Assembly: GCA_027031685.1 (NCBI GenBank)
Contig: JALVPS010000223.1
Coordinates: 1 to 39,538, forward strand
Reading direction: 5' to 3'
Source: Gammaproteobacteria bacterium
Lineage (GTDB): Bacteria; Pseudomonadota; Gammaproteobacteria; UWMA-0217
DNA length: 39,538 bases
Of this stretch, positions 1-7,635 are shown one piece after another; within the stretch, counting starts at the first letter, position 1; each line of letters opens with the position of its first letter. A model generated the notes under the pieces. The model worked only from the letters and a program-made list of their open reading frames with translations. It was not told where the DNA came from and made no database searches. Made by a program: the position numbers and the translations under genes.

Positions 1-1
1 G

Positions 2-1180
2 GGCAGTGGCGCGGGTGGCAGTGGCATCGGGGGCGGCTCGACGATCAACACGCCGCCACGCGTGGATCTGGGCGCCGACCTGACCCGGCGGTCCGGGGCC
101 TATGTGTCGCTGCTGGCCGATGTGCAGGACGATCAGTCGCCATTCTCGCTCACCTACCACTGGGAGCAGGTGGACGGCCCGGCGGTGTCCGGCCTGGATG
201 ACGATGACTCTGAGCTGGCCGGTTTCACGCTGCCCAGGATCTTCAAGCGCGACAGCGGGCCGCAGACGGTGACCCTGCGCCTTACCGTCACTGATCCGGG
301 CGGGCTGTCCGCGTCGGACGAGATCACCATCACCATCGAGCCGGAGTCTTCCGCGCCGTACCGCGAGCGGGTGCAGGTGGGCGGCCCCATCACCCAGGAC
401 ACCACGTGGAGCGGAGACAAGATCTACGAAGCACAGGACAACATCTCCATTCCGGCCGGGGTGAAGCTGACCATCGAGGCCGGCGCCGTGGTGCGTCTGG
501 CCGATGGCAAGAAGCTGCTGGTGGACGGCGAGCTGGTGGCCAACGGGGTCATGAAAGACGGTGAGCCGATTCCGATCGTCTTCACCAACATCCCGGGCTC
601 GCTGGACCTGGACTGGGACGGCATCGAGGTCCGTTCCGGCGGGCATGCCGATCTGCTCCTCGTGGTCATCGAGAAGGCGCTGACCGGCCTGTACATGAAT
701 GGCGGCGGCGTCACCATGGGCAATGTGCTCTTTCAGAACAACATCGTTGGTTTTGATACCGGCGTGACGAAAAAGCAGGTGTCCATGGCCTACAACACCT
801 TCTACCAGAATTTCGAGGGCGTCGACGTTTACATGACCGGCACCAGCGTCATTCATCACAACCTGTTCAAGGGAAACGACTACGCCTTCTTCGAGCTGAG
901 CGGCAGCGACCAGCCGTTCGACGTGCACGACAACAACTTCGTGGACAATGGACATGTGATCACGGCGCGGGAGATCAATGACTTCTATCTGCCGGGGCAG
1001 GCGCGTTTGTACAACAACTGGTGGGGCACCACGGACATGACCGCCATCGAGCGGCTCATCACGGACGCCTACGACGACCCGCGGCTGATGGACATCTCGC
1101 CCACGCCGGCCAGCGCCTACATTCCCACCGCCTGGGCGGGCATCCCGGCCGGGTTCCAGTGGTACAACGACCTGCCATAG
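2..1180 (+). CDS. PKD-like Ig domain + right-handed parallel beta-helix repeat protein, 5' end cut by window edge
   Basis: The frame is open from base 2 (GSGAGGSGIGG..). PKD-like motif TLRLTVTDPGGLSASDEITITIE. It is followed by imperfect beta-helix-type repeats (NNIVGFDTG, NTFYQNFEG, HHNLFKGNDY, HDNNFVDNG). Stop TAG at 1178-1180. Confidence 0.55.
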   Translation, partial: GSGAGGSGIGGGSTINTPPRVDLGADLTRRSGAYVSLLADVQDDQSPFSLTYHWEQVDGPAVSGLDDDDSELAGFTLPRIFKRDSGPQTVTLRLTVTDPGGLSASDEITITIEPESSAPYRERVQVGGPITQDTTWSGDKIYEAQDNISIPAGVKLTIEAGAVVRLADGKKLLVDGELVANGVMKDGEPIPIVFTNIPGSLDLDWDGIEVRSGGHADLLLVVIEKALTGLYMNGGGVTMGNVLFQNNIVGFDTGVTKKQVSMAYNTFYQNFEGVDVYMTGTSVIHHNLFKGNDYAFFELSGSDQPFDVHDNNFVDNGHVITAREINDFYLPGQARLYNNWWGTTDMTAIERLITDAYDDPRLMDISPTPASAYIPTAWAGIPAGFQWYNDLP

Positions 1181-1362
1181 CCCACGGGCCAGGGATGGGG
1201 CAGACTGGTGACATGGGCAATGGGACAGGACAAGGGCGGCCGCAAGGCGCCGCCCCCGCCGCCACGGCCGCCGATCCCGCTGGGGCCGCCGCGGCCGGGC
1301 ACGGTGCGCCCGGTCGATCCGCCCCCGACACCGCCGCCACCCCCGCCGCCGAGGAGGCGCCC

Positions 1363-1866
1363 ATGACCGGCCCGGACCTGCGCTATCTCTGGCGCCGCCG
1401 CCACGAGGTGGTGCACCGGGCCGAGCTTTCTGTGCTCTACCACCGCGAGCGGGAGCGGCACTACGCCTTTCTCTCCAAGGCCACCACGGCCTTTGCCATC
1501 CTGGGCGGCAGCGCGGCCTTCGCCGCCGTGGCCAGCGAGCCCTGGCTGAAATGGGGCGGGCTGGCGGTGGCGGCCTCGTCCACGCTCTCGCTGGTGTTCG
1601 GCTGGGCGGACAAGGCCCGGCTGCATGCCGGCCTGGCCATGCGCTACAGCCTGCTGCTGGCGGACATCGAGGGCCGCGGGGAGCGTAACTTCACCGAGGC
1701 GGACGTGAACGCCTGGCTGGCGGAGATACACCGGCTGGAAGGGGAAGAACCGCCGGCGCGCCCGGCGCTGGTGCGGCTGTGCCAGAACCGGCTCAAACAG
1801 GCACAGGGGCGGGATGACGAGCTGCGCCCCGTGCCCCTGCTGCAACGCCTGCTGGCCCGGTGGTGA
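1363..1866 (+). CDS. two-TM membrane protein, SLATT-like architecture
   Basis: ATG 1363 preceded by GAGGAGG (1351-1357); 167 aa. Two adjacent hydrophobic helices (TTAFAILGGSAAFAAVA, WGGLAVAASSTLSLVFGW) are followed by a helical tail (HAGLAMRYSLLLADIE). The family call is from memory only. Confidence 0.5.
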   Translation: MTGPDLRYLWRRRHEVVHRAELSVLYHRERERHYAFLSKATTAFAILGGSAAFAAVASEPWLKWGGLAVAASSTLSLVFGWADKARLHAGLAMRYSLLLADIEGRGERNFTEADVNAWLAEIHRLEGEEPPARPALVRLCQNRLKQAQGRDDELRPVPLLQRLLARW

Positions 1867-1929
1867 CGCGCCACCGGGGTGATGGCCTCCGGTCGCTACA
1901 CACGATAGCGATCAACGGAGGACATCACC

Positions 1930-2106
1930 ATGCAAGAGTGGGAAGCCGGGCAGGGCCCGGGCATCGATGCCGCTGGGCAGGCAAGTCAACAGCAGGACAC
2001 CGCGGGCCGCGAGACGCTGGCCGATCTCGAACGGCGCGCGCGGGCGCTTGGGGTGCCGGTGTGGGTGCTGCTGGCGACGCACGGGGCAGGGAAGGCCACC
2101 GGCTGA
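1930..2106 (+). CDS. small hypothetical protein (58 aa)
   Basis: ATG 1930 lies 7-8 nt after GGAGGA (1917-1922). High GC3 frame. Below the ORF-track length cutoff. Confidence 0.35.
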   Translation: MQEWEAGQGPGIDAAGQASQQQDTAGRETLADLERRARALGVPVWVLLATHGAGKATG

Positions 2107-2200
2107 GGCCGGGCGGGGCAGGGAGGCCCCGGAGTGTCAAACAAGTTTGTCGAGCATAGGGCGGGCAGGTTGGAATTTCGATATTCAGCCGGAAAAACTG

Positions 2201-2812
2201 TTATCCAATTACCGCAGTTATGATGGCGCCAACTAAGGCGCCAAAGACAGATGTCAGGATTGGAATCAGCCATGCCCGGAGTCTGTCACGGCGAGCCCTT
2301 ATTTTTAGTTCTTCTTCGCTGCCCAACAATACGTCCATGTCTTCCAGCGCTTGTTTGGCGGCTGAGATCAACGTGTCGTGTTGTTCTATCCGGTCTTTTG
2401 TTTTCGTTCCATCGAGTTTGGATACCAATCTTTTGAGTTCTCTGAAGCGCTTGGCTATTTCTCCATAATTTTTTACGACATCGGATATTGGTATCTTGCA
2501 GAACCGCCTTCTGAATTCATTGTAGGAAGAAAGTGCTGCGATCGCGCTCGCTTCTGAAGCGTCGAGCGAGGCCCTCAAGCAATGATTGAGCGACTTGTTA
2601 AGCTCCGACTCATTAGGAGGGTTTTCATTCATCGCGCGCAACAGATGATAGCCGGCATATCGTAATTGGTTTATTGCCGGGGTGAATATGCCTAGCCCAT
2701 CTTCATGAAACCATCCTTCAAATGTCTTGATGCAGTCCTCTGCCGATTGATACTGTTCACTAATCTCTTTTATCTTTTCTTGATATCCTTGCGTATCCGT
2801 CATTTCCTGCAT
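2201..2812 (-). CDS. hypothetical helical protein with a C-terminal TM anchor (rex-like position)
   Basis: 203-aa ORF in an AT-richer island. C-terminal hydrophobic helix LIPILTSVFGALVGAIITAVIG. The alternative start ATG 2803 overlaps the upstream stop as ATGA. Confidence 0.6.
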   Translation of the reverse strand: MQEMTDTQGYQEKIKEISEQYQSAEDCIKTFEGWFHEDGLGIFTPAINQLRYAGYHLLRAMNENPPNESELNKSLNHCLRASLDASEASAIAALSSYNEFRRRFCKIPISDVVKNYGEIAKRFRELKRLVSKLDGTKTKDRIEQHDTLISAAKQALEDMDVLLGSEEELKIRARRDRLRAWLIPILTSVFGALVGAIITAVIG

Positions 2813-3051
2813 CTAGCCATATTGAAAAGGCGGCGCAGAAGCCCGCCCCTGTCATCCGTGATTACTTTTTTTCTCATCATATCAATTTCTTTTTTGCTGG
2901 TATAACGCCCCATTTGCAAGGAAATGTTCCCCTCGCTCAAGGCAGCCACAATGCTGCGTTCTGTTGGCTTGGAAAGCTTTAACTTGTTATGGCTTCTGGG
3001 CTTCATTTTGTCCAGCTGTGATGGTGGGGTCTGTGTGGCACTCTCGGACAT
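2800..3051 (-). CDS. small basic hypothetical protein (83 aa)
   Basis: Internal ATG at 3051 of ORF 2800..3180 (MSESATQTPP..). Its stop overlaps the start region of 2201..2812. No clear SD. Confidence 0.4.
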   Translation of the reverse strand: MSESATQTPPSQLDKMKPRSHNKLKLSKPTERSIVAALSEGNISLQMGRYTSKKEIDMMRKKVITDDRGGLLRRLFNMARCRK

Positions 3052-3279
3052 TGCTTGAAAATTTAGACGTGTTCTGGTGTGGGAAGCTGGCAGTCCCGTT
3101 GTTATACGGTGCCATGACCAGACAAGTAACACTCGAACCCCATGCGGTTGAGCAGTGTCAGGCATCGGGTCATGAGGCACCTCGGTTCGGTCGGGCGGCC
3201 AATGTACGACGAGGCCATACGCGCCGCACGGAGGCGCTGGCCTGTCTATGGCGGGTAAGTATAGGTTTTCTTACGCCAT

Positions 3280-3942
3280 TTAGCCATGATCCTGATCCAT
3301 CTTTGACTGCTCCTCGGCCCCTTCCTCCCCCTCCAGCGCCTCCAGGAACGCCATGACGGCCTTCTGCATCTGCCGGGGCCGCTCGCGGTAGAGGGCGATC
3401 AGGCGCTGCAGCTCGGCGCTGTCGGCGGCCACCAGGGCCAGTTCCGGCGGCATGGCCAGGGCGTACACGGGCACTTCCAGGGCCTCGGCCAAGGGTTGCA
3501 GCACGTCCGCCGGCACCTGGTCCGTGCGGCCGTCGAGGATGTCGGTGATGGTCTCCACCGGCACGCCGGAGCGCTCGGCCAGCATCTGCCGCGACAGGCC
3601 GCGGTGGTTCATGAGCACCAGCAGGGCCTTGCCCCACACGTCCGCCGGGCTGCTCACCTCCAGGGTGACGGTCATGGGGGCGGGGGTGACCATCGTTTCC
3701 TCGATGGGTCCGCTCCGATCAGGGAAGTCGATGTCCATCCAGCCCCTTGGTAACCCGATGGCGCTCTCTATGTCTCGCGCCAGCTTCTCCCCGATCCGCT
3801 TCACGCCTTTCAGGCATCTGGACACGTAATCAGGCTGCCTACCAATGGCGTCGGCAAACCGCTTCTGGCTGCCGCGCTTTGGCTTGTATCGCTCCCTGAT
3901 GAGCCAAGCCATGTTCTCGCGCCTGATGTCGTAGATGTCCAT
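3280..3942 (-). CDS. CI-like phage repressor with two XRE-type HTH regions
   Basis: The ATG 3942 start (MDIYDIRRENMAWLI..) is chosen over the longer ORF. HTH-like segments QKRFADAIGRQPDYVSRCLKG and LSRQMLAERSGVPVETITDIL. Divergent from a cro-like gene. Confidence 0.8.
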   Translation of the reverse strand: MDIYDIRRENMAWLIRERYKPKRGSQKRFADAIGRQPDYVSRCLKGVKRIGEKLARDIESAIGLPRGWMDIDFPDRSGPIEETMVTPAPMTVTLEVSSPADVWGKALLVLMNHRGLSRQMLAERSGVPVETITDILDGRTDQVPADVLQPLAEALEVPVYALAMPPELALVAADSAELQRLIALYRERPRQMQKAVMAFLEALEGEEGAEEQSKMDQDHG

Positions 3943-3976
3943 GCCGCAAGTTTCCCCGCCATATACCGCCGGGTAA

Positions 3977-3992
3977 ATGCCCTGCGGGGCAT
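3977..3992. promoter_or_regulatory. candidate operator palindrome ATGCCC-TGCG-GGGCAT
   Basis: 6-bp inverted arms in the cI/cro divergent intergenic region. Confidence 0.3.
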
Positions 3993-3997
3993 GGTTG

Positions 3998-4026
3998 TTG
4001 ACCGTAATGTGACCTAGGGGTAAAGT
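3998..4026 (+). promoter_or_regulatory. candidate rightward early promoter (TTGACC-17 nt-TAAAGT)
   Basis: -35 at 3998-4003 and -10 at 4021-4026. The cro-like ATG is at 4035, so the transcript would be leaderless or nearly so. Confidence 0.35.
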
Positions 4027-4034
4027 TTCTTGGT

Positions 4035-4265
4035 ATGGAAAAGCTACGCGCATATCTGAAGACCCTTTCGCCTGATGATCAGGACGCCTTCGCCAAGCGG
4101 GTTGGCACCACCATCGGCTACCTGCGCAACGCCCTGAGCACGGGCAAGCGGCTGGGGCCGAACCTGGTCATCGCCATCGAGCGCGAGACCAACGGCGCCG
4201 TGCGCTGCGAGGATCTGCGCCCGGATGTGCCCTGGCACGTGCTGAGAGGCTCCGAGGCGGCCTGA
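4035..4265 (+). CDS. Cro / YdaS-like HTH regulator
   Basis: 76 aa, AFAKRVGTTIGYLRNALSTGKRLGPNLVIAIERETNG. Divergent from the repressor. Confidence 0.75.
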   Translation: MEKLRAYLKTLSPDDQDAFAKRVGTTIGYLRNALSTGKRLGPNLVIAIERETNGAVRCEDLRPDVPWHVLRGSEAA

Positions 4266-4297
4266 CGATGTTGTCCCTCGGCTATCCCCCCGAGCTT

Positions 4298-4325
4298 GCG
4301 CCCCTTTCGAGGGGCGCTGTTTTCT
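4298..4325 (+). terminator. Rho-independent terminator between cro-like and cII-like genes
   Basis: GCGCCCCT-TTCG-AGGGGCGC stem followed by TGTTTTCT. Confidence 0.6.
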
Positions 4326-4378
4326 GGGCGGAACTGATATGTGACGGCGGTCACGTTTCATGCCCGGGAGGCTAGGCC

Positions 4379-4654
4379 GTGCCCGATGCAAGCGCACGCA
4401 ACCTGCAGCATCTGATCCTCCTGCGCGTTTCCCAGGTGGGGATGCAGTCGGTGGCGGAGTCGCTGGAGGTGGCCACGTCCACGGTGTCGCGCTGGGTGTC
4501 CTGCCAGCAGGGCATCCCGCTGGACAAGCTGGAGGACCTCTTCGAGGTGCTGGGGCTGTACGTGAGCGAGGACAGCACCAGCACGCAGGAGATTCGCGTC
4601 TCCACGGCGCACTACGAGGCGCTGCGCACGCTGGCGCGGGAGGCGTTGGATTGA
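4379..4654 (+). CDS. CII-like HTH regulatory protein
   Basis: GTG 4379 lies 8 nt after GGGAGG. HTH segment QSVAESLEVATSTVSRWVS. Its position after cro matches the lambdoid layout. Confidence 0.55.
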   Translation: MPDASARNLQHLILLRVSQVGMQSVAESLEVATSTVSRWVSCQQGIPLDKLEDLFEVLGLYVSEDSTSTQEIRVSTAHYEALRTLAREALD

Positions 4655-4660
4655 TGGCTG

Positions 4661-4770
4661 GCCATTCTGGGGCTTGCCCTCATGCCGGCCATGACATGCC
4701 CGCCCATTCTGGGGCCTGCCCTCATGGCGGGAGTTATCAATCGGCCATTCTGGGGCCTGCCCTCATGCCG
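4661..4770. repeat. three 27-bp direct repeats (CCATTCTGGGGCYTGCCCTCATGSCG) at 41-43-bp spacing
   Basis: Copies at 4661-4687, 4703-4729 and 4744-4770, immediately upstream of the replication gene. Confidence 0.85.
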
Positions 4771-4787
4771 ATAACGAGGATGAAGTG

Positions 4788-5765
4788 ATGGCGAGAATAC
4801 GGACTGTGAAACCAGAGTTCTTCTCCGACGAGGATTTGGCTTCCTGTTCGCCTCATGCCCGCCTGCTAGCCATAGCGGTTCTGCAACTCTGTGACAGGCG
4901 CGGCAGGTTCAGGTGGTTACGCATGCAAGTTCACGCGCATGCGTTTCCGTTCGAGGAAGACCTGGACATCGAAGGCCTTGCCGGCGAGCTGGAGGCCATC
5001 GGGTACTTGAAGCTGTATGAGGTGGATGGCCGGCGTTACTGCTGGGTCTGCAACTTCGAGCAGCATCAGCGGATCTCCGGCAAGGAAGCAGAGGCGGAGA
5101 GCACTATTCCGCCCTATGATCCACTGAAAAATCAGGTTGTTACAGATGTGCGTGAAGGGAAGCACCCGGGGAAGCACCCGGGGAAGCACCCGGGGAAGCA
5201 CCCGGGGAAGCACCCGGGGAAGCACCCGGGGAAGCACCCGGGGAAGCAGTCGGAATCCCAGGAAAGGGAAAGGGAAAGGGAAAAGGAAAGGGAAGAAGAG
5301 AACTTTGTCGCGTTCGCTGCGCGAGACGCGACCGCGCGGCCGGCGTCTTCATCGCCCACCGATGAGGCAACGGATGATCACGGCCACACGGGACGTGGTG
5401 GCGGCCCAGAGCCGAACCGTGACGATCCGATCCAGCAGGTGTTCGACTACTGGCGGGTGGTGATGGATCACCCGCGTGCCAAACTGGACGAGAAGCGCAG
5501 GCGCCTCATCCGCAATGCCTTGAAGCGATACAGCGTGGAAGACTGCCAGCTGGCCATCCTGGGGTGCTCGATGACGCCACACAACATGGGCGAGAACGAT
5601 CGCGGGCAGAGGTACGACGGCATCAACGTGATCTTCCGCGATGCCGACCAGATCGATCGGTTCATGCGCAACGCGGAAAGTCCGCCGACGACCACGAAAT
5701 CGAAGGCCGGATTTTCTGATCCAGGCTATTCCTATGAAATTCCAGAGGGGTTTGCAAATGCTTGA
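4788..5765 (+). CDS. replication initiation / replisome-organizer-like protein with internal GKHP repeat
   Basis: ATG 4788 lies 7 nt after GAGGA. N-terminus RIRTVKPEFFSDEDL. C-terminal segment (VFDYWRVVMDHPRAKLDEKRRRLIRNALK..NVIFRDADQIDRF) resembles the conserved phage replication C-terminal domain. It precedes a DnaC-like loader with an overlapping stop/start. Confidence 0.6.
   Translation: MARIRTVKPEFFSDEDLASCSPHARLLAIAVLQLCDRRGRFRWLRMQVHAHAFPFEEDLDIEGLAGELEAIGYLKLYEVDGRRYCWVCNFEQHQRISGKEAEAESTIPPYDPLKNQVVTDVREGKHPGKHPGKHPGKHPGKHPGKHPGKHPGKQSESQEREREREKEREEENFVAFAARDATARPASSSPTDEATDDHGHTGRGGGPEPNRDDPIQQVFDYWRVVMDHPRAKLDEKRRRLIRNALKRYSVEDCQLAILGCSMTPHNMGENDRGQRYDGINVIFRDADQIDRFMRNAESPPTTTKSKAGFSDPGYSYEIPEGFANA
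5157..5252 (+). repeat. perfect 12-bp tandem repeat GGGAAGCACCCG x7 plus one degenerate copy
   Basis: Read directly; encodes (GKHP)7-GKQS inside the replication gene. Confidence 0.95.
5260..5302 (+). repeat. 43-nt homopurine tract with GGAAAG hexamer repeats
   Basis: Read directly; encodes EREREREKEREEE. Confidence 0.9.
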
Positions 5766-6603
5766 AACACGCAAGTTCTCAGTGAAATGCGACAGGCATG
5801 GTCCGTATGAGGGCAAGGAAATTCTGATCAATGGAAAGTGGCGGCGTCCGCCATGTCCGCAATGTGTAAAAGACAGGGAAGCCAATGATGCGGGCAAGGT
5901 GGCTCCATTGGCTGCCCAAGCGCGTCGCAATCTGGAGCGGCTTTCTCGGCGTAGCGGTATTCCGCCACGCTATACCACGAGGACGTTCGACAACTTCCGT
6001 GTGGAAACCGATGATCAGCGCAAAGCGCTGGATGCCGCCAGGAGCTATGCCGATGCGATCGAGGACGTGATGGAGTCGGGCGCTGGCATGATCATGGCCG
6101 GTAGACCAGGGACAGGCAAAACACACCTTGCTTGCGCCATTGGCAACCACTTCATCAGGCACGGGCGCAGCGTCTTGTATATCACCGTGCCTGGCATCCT
6201 GCGACGCATCAGAAATGCCTATCGTCCCGATGCGCGAACGACAGAGCAGGAAGAGATAAACGCCTTGCGAAACATCGATCTCCTTATCATTGATGAAATT
6301 GGCGTGCAAAAGGGCAGCGACAATGAAGAGCGGTTGCTGTTCGAAGTAATTAATGAGCGATACGGCTATTTCAAGCCCACCATTTTGATTTCAAATCTCA
6401 ATTTCGAGGGCATTCGAGCGTATCTTGGTGACAGGGCACTGGACAGAATGAAGGAAGGCGGCGGGAAATTCATTTTGTTCACGTGGGATTCATACCGCGG
6501 GCAAGTCGCCAGGGACAAAAGATTGGCCGGTTCTTCTGCAGCAACCTATGTGCGACCGCCAACCAGGGACGATGAAGAGGATTATCCGGTGATCGAAGTA
6601 TGA
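5758..6603 (+). CDS. DnaC / IstB-like AAA+ helicase loader
   Basis: ATG 5758 after GAGGGG. Walker A GRPGTGKTHLA, Walker B LLIIDEIG. N-terminal CxxH..CPQC zinc-finger-like segment. Confidence 0.85.
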   Translation: MLETRKFSVKCDRHGPYEGKEILINGKWRRPPCPQCVKDREANDAGKVAPLAAQARRNLERLSRRSGIPPRYTTRTFDNFRVETDDQRKALDAARSYADAIEDVMESGAGMIMAGRPGTGKTHLACAIGNHFIRHGRSVLYITVPGILRRIRNAYRPDARTTEQEEINALRNIDLLIIDEIGVQKGSDNEERLLFEVINERYGYFKPTILISNLNFEGIRAYLGDRALDRMKEGGGKFILFTWDSYRGQVARDKRLAGSSAATYVRPPTRDDEEDYPVIEV

Positions 6604-6824
6604 AGCCCGAAATCGGTGATTCTGAAGCACTTCGCGCCCACCTCCTCGCCTGCGAGGCGCGCATGGTGTGCGACATGCCCACCCGCGAGGAGCGGCGGGC
6701 GTATCTGGCGCGGGTGCGCAAGGCGCGCGGTGACGGGCCGGCGCGGGCGCTGTACGACGCAGTGCTGGACGAGTGGGAGCGCCGCCGCAAGGCCCTGGCG
6801 GACGAGGCGGAGGTGACGCTGTGA
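6600..6824 (+). CDS. hypothetical phage protein (74 aa)
   Basis: ATGA overlap with the upstream gene and GTGA overlap with ssb. Confidence 0.55.
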   Translation: MKPEIGDSEALRAHLLACEARMVCDMPTREERRAYLARVRKARGDGPARALYDAVLDEWERRRKALADEAEVTL

Positions 6825-7252
6825 GCGATCTGAACCGCTGCATGTTCATCGGCCGCCTGGGCGCGGACCCGGAGATGCGCACCACGCAGGGCGGCGAGGC
6901 GGTGGCGAACTTCCGCATCGCCTGCGGCTGGAAGGGCAAGGGCAGCGAGGGCACGGAGTGGGTGCCGGTGGTGGCCTTCGGTCGCCTGGCGGAGGTGTGC
7001 GGGGAGTTCCTGCGCAAGGGCAGCCAGGTGTACATCGGCGGCACGTTCCGCACGCGCAAGTGGCAGGACCGCGACGGCAACGACCGCTGGACCACGGAGA
7101 TCGTGGCGCGCGAGATGCAGATGCTGGGCGGCCGCCGCGAGCGCGACGGGGCAGGGCAGGGGGCGCCCGCGGGGGACGCCACGCCGGGGCCCGCCCCGGC
7201 GCCGTGGCCGGTGCCGGCGGACGAGCCGTTCAACGACGACATTCCGTTCTGA
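6821..7252 (+). CDS. ssb: single-stranded DNA-binding protein
   Basis: OB-fold N-terminus NRCMFIGRLGADPEMRTT, a Gly/Pro linker and the acidic tip DDIPF. Confidence 0.9.
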   Translation: MSDLNRCMFIGRLGADPEMRTTQGGEAVANFRIACGWKGKGSEGTEWVPVVAFGRLAEVCGEFLRKGSQVYIGGTFRTRKWQDRDGNDRWTTEIVAREMQMLGGRRERDGAGQGAPAGDATPGPAPAPWPVPADEPFNDDIPF

Positions 7253-7263
7253 GGGAGGACAGC

Positions 7264-7455
7264 ATGACAGACCTCACCAAGTGCCCGGGCAGCCGGGTGC
7301 GGCACGGCAAGCGCGAGCTGTGCCCGCAGCGGGCCACCTGCGTGCGCTATCTGGCGCCGGCGGACCCGACGGGGCAGAGCTGGGCACACTTCTGGCGGCC
7401 GGACCGGCTGGCCATGGGCATCGACTGCTACTGGCCGGTCCGGGGGCGTGGATGA
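7264..7455 (+). CDS. Cys-rich hypothetical protein (63 aa)
   Basis: ATG 7264 after GAGGGAGGA. Confidence 0.5.
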   Translation: MTDLTKCPGSRVRHGKRELCPQRATCVRYLAPADPTGQSWAHFWRPDRLAMGIDCYWPVRGRG

Positions 7456-7541
7456 GCCTCGCGGACGGGCTGCGCCTGGTGATCGCCCTGGCGGCGCTGG
7501 CGGCGGCGTTCTGGACGGCCTGGCGGGGACTGGGGCGGTGA
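7452..7541 (+). CDS. tiny hydrophobic peptide (29 aa)
   Basis: ATGA overlap with the previous stop; LRLVIALAALAAAFWTAW. Confidence 0.3.
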   Translation: MSLADGLRLVIALAALAAAFWTAWRGLGR

Positions 7542-7635
7542 GCGGGCGGCGGCGCGTGTGGTGGCCGGCCCTGGCCCTGCCGCCGATCAATCTCTGGCGC
7601 ATGGCGCTCTGGCAGCCCCGGCGGGGGCGGCGCGG

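Noticed and set aside
1021-1362. N-terminal extension of the SLATT-like ORF back to 1021 or to ATG 1195
   Set aside because: The extension overlaps the upstream gene and is low-complexity Ala/Pro/Gly. A strong GAGGAGG SD precedes ATG 1363.
2150-2200. Possible left att site (GGTTGGAAT resembling a T-loop; ATTCAG resembling the att-flank motif)
   Set aside because: The similarity to the 45-nt tRNA core is limited to about 9 nt, and to the ATTCAG motif about 6 nt. This is compatible with chance.
4360-4788. 142-aa ORF spanning the three 27-bp repeats (HSGACPH x3)
   Set aside because: It overlaps the cII-like gene out of frame and has no SD. Its periodic sequence is a direct by-product of the DNA repeats, so the region is treated as non-coding regulatory or iteron DNA.
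4917-5463. Alternative-frame ORFs across the 12-bp repeat (4917..5237 -, 5132..5359 -, 5137..5463 +, 5140..5370 -)
   Set aside because: They are open only because the repeat lacks stops in all frames. The replication-gene frame is the one continuous with conserved N- and C-terminal domains.
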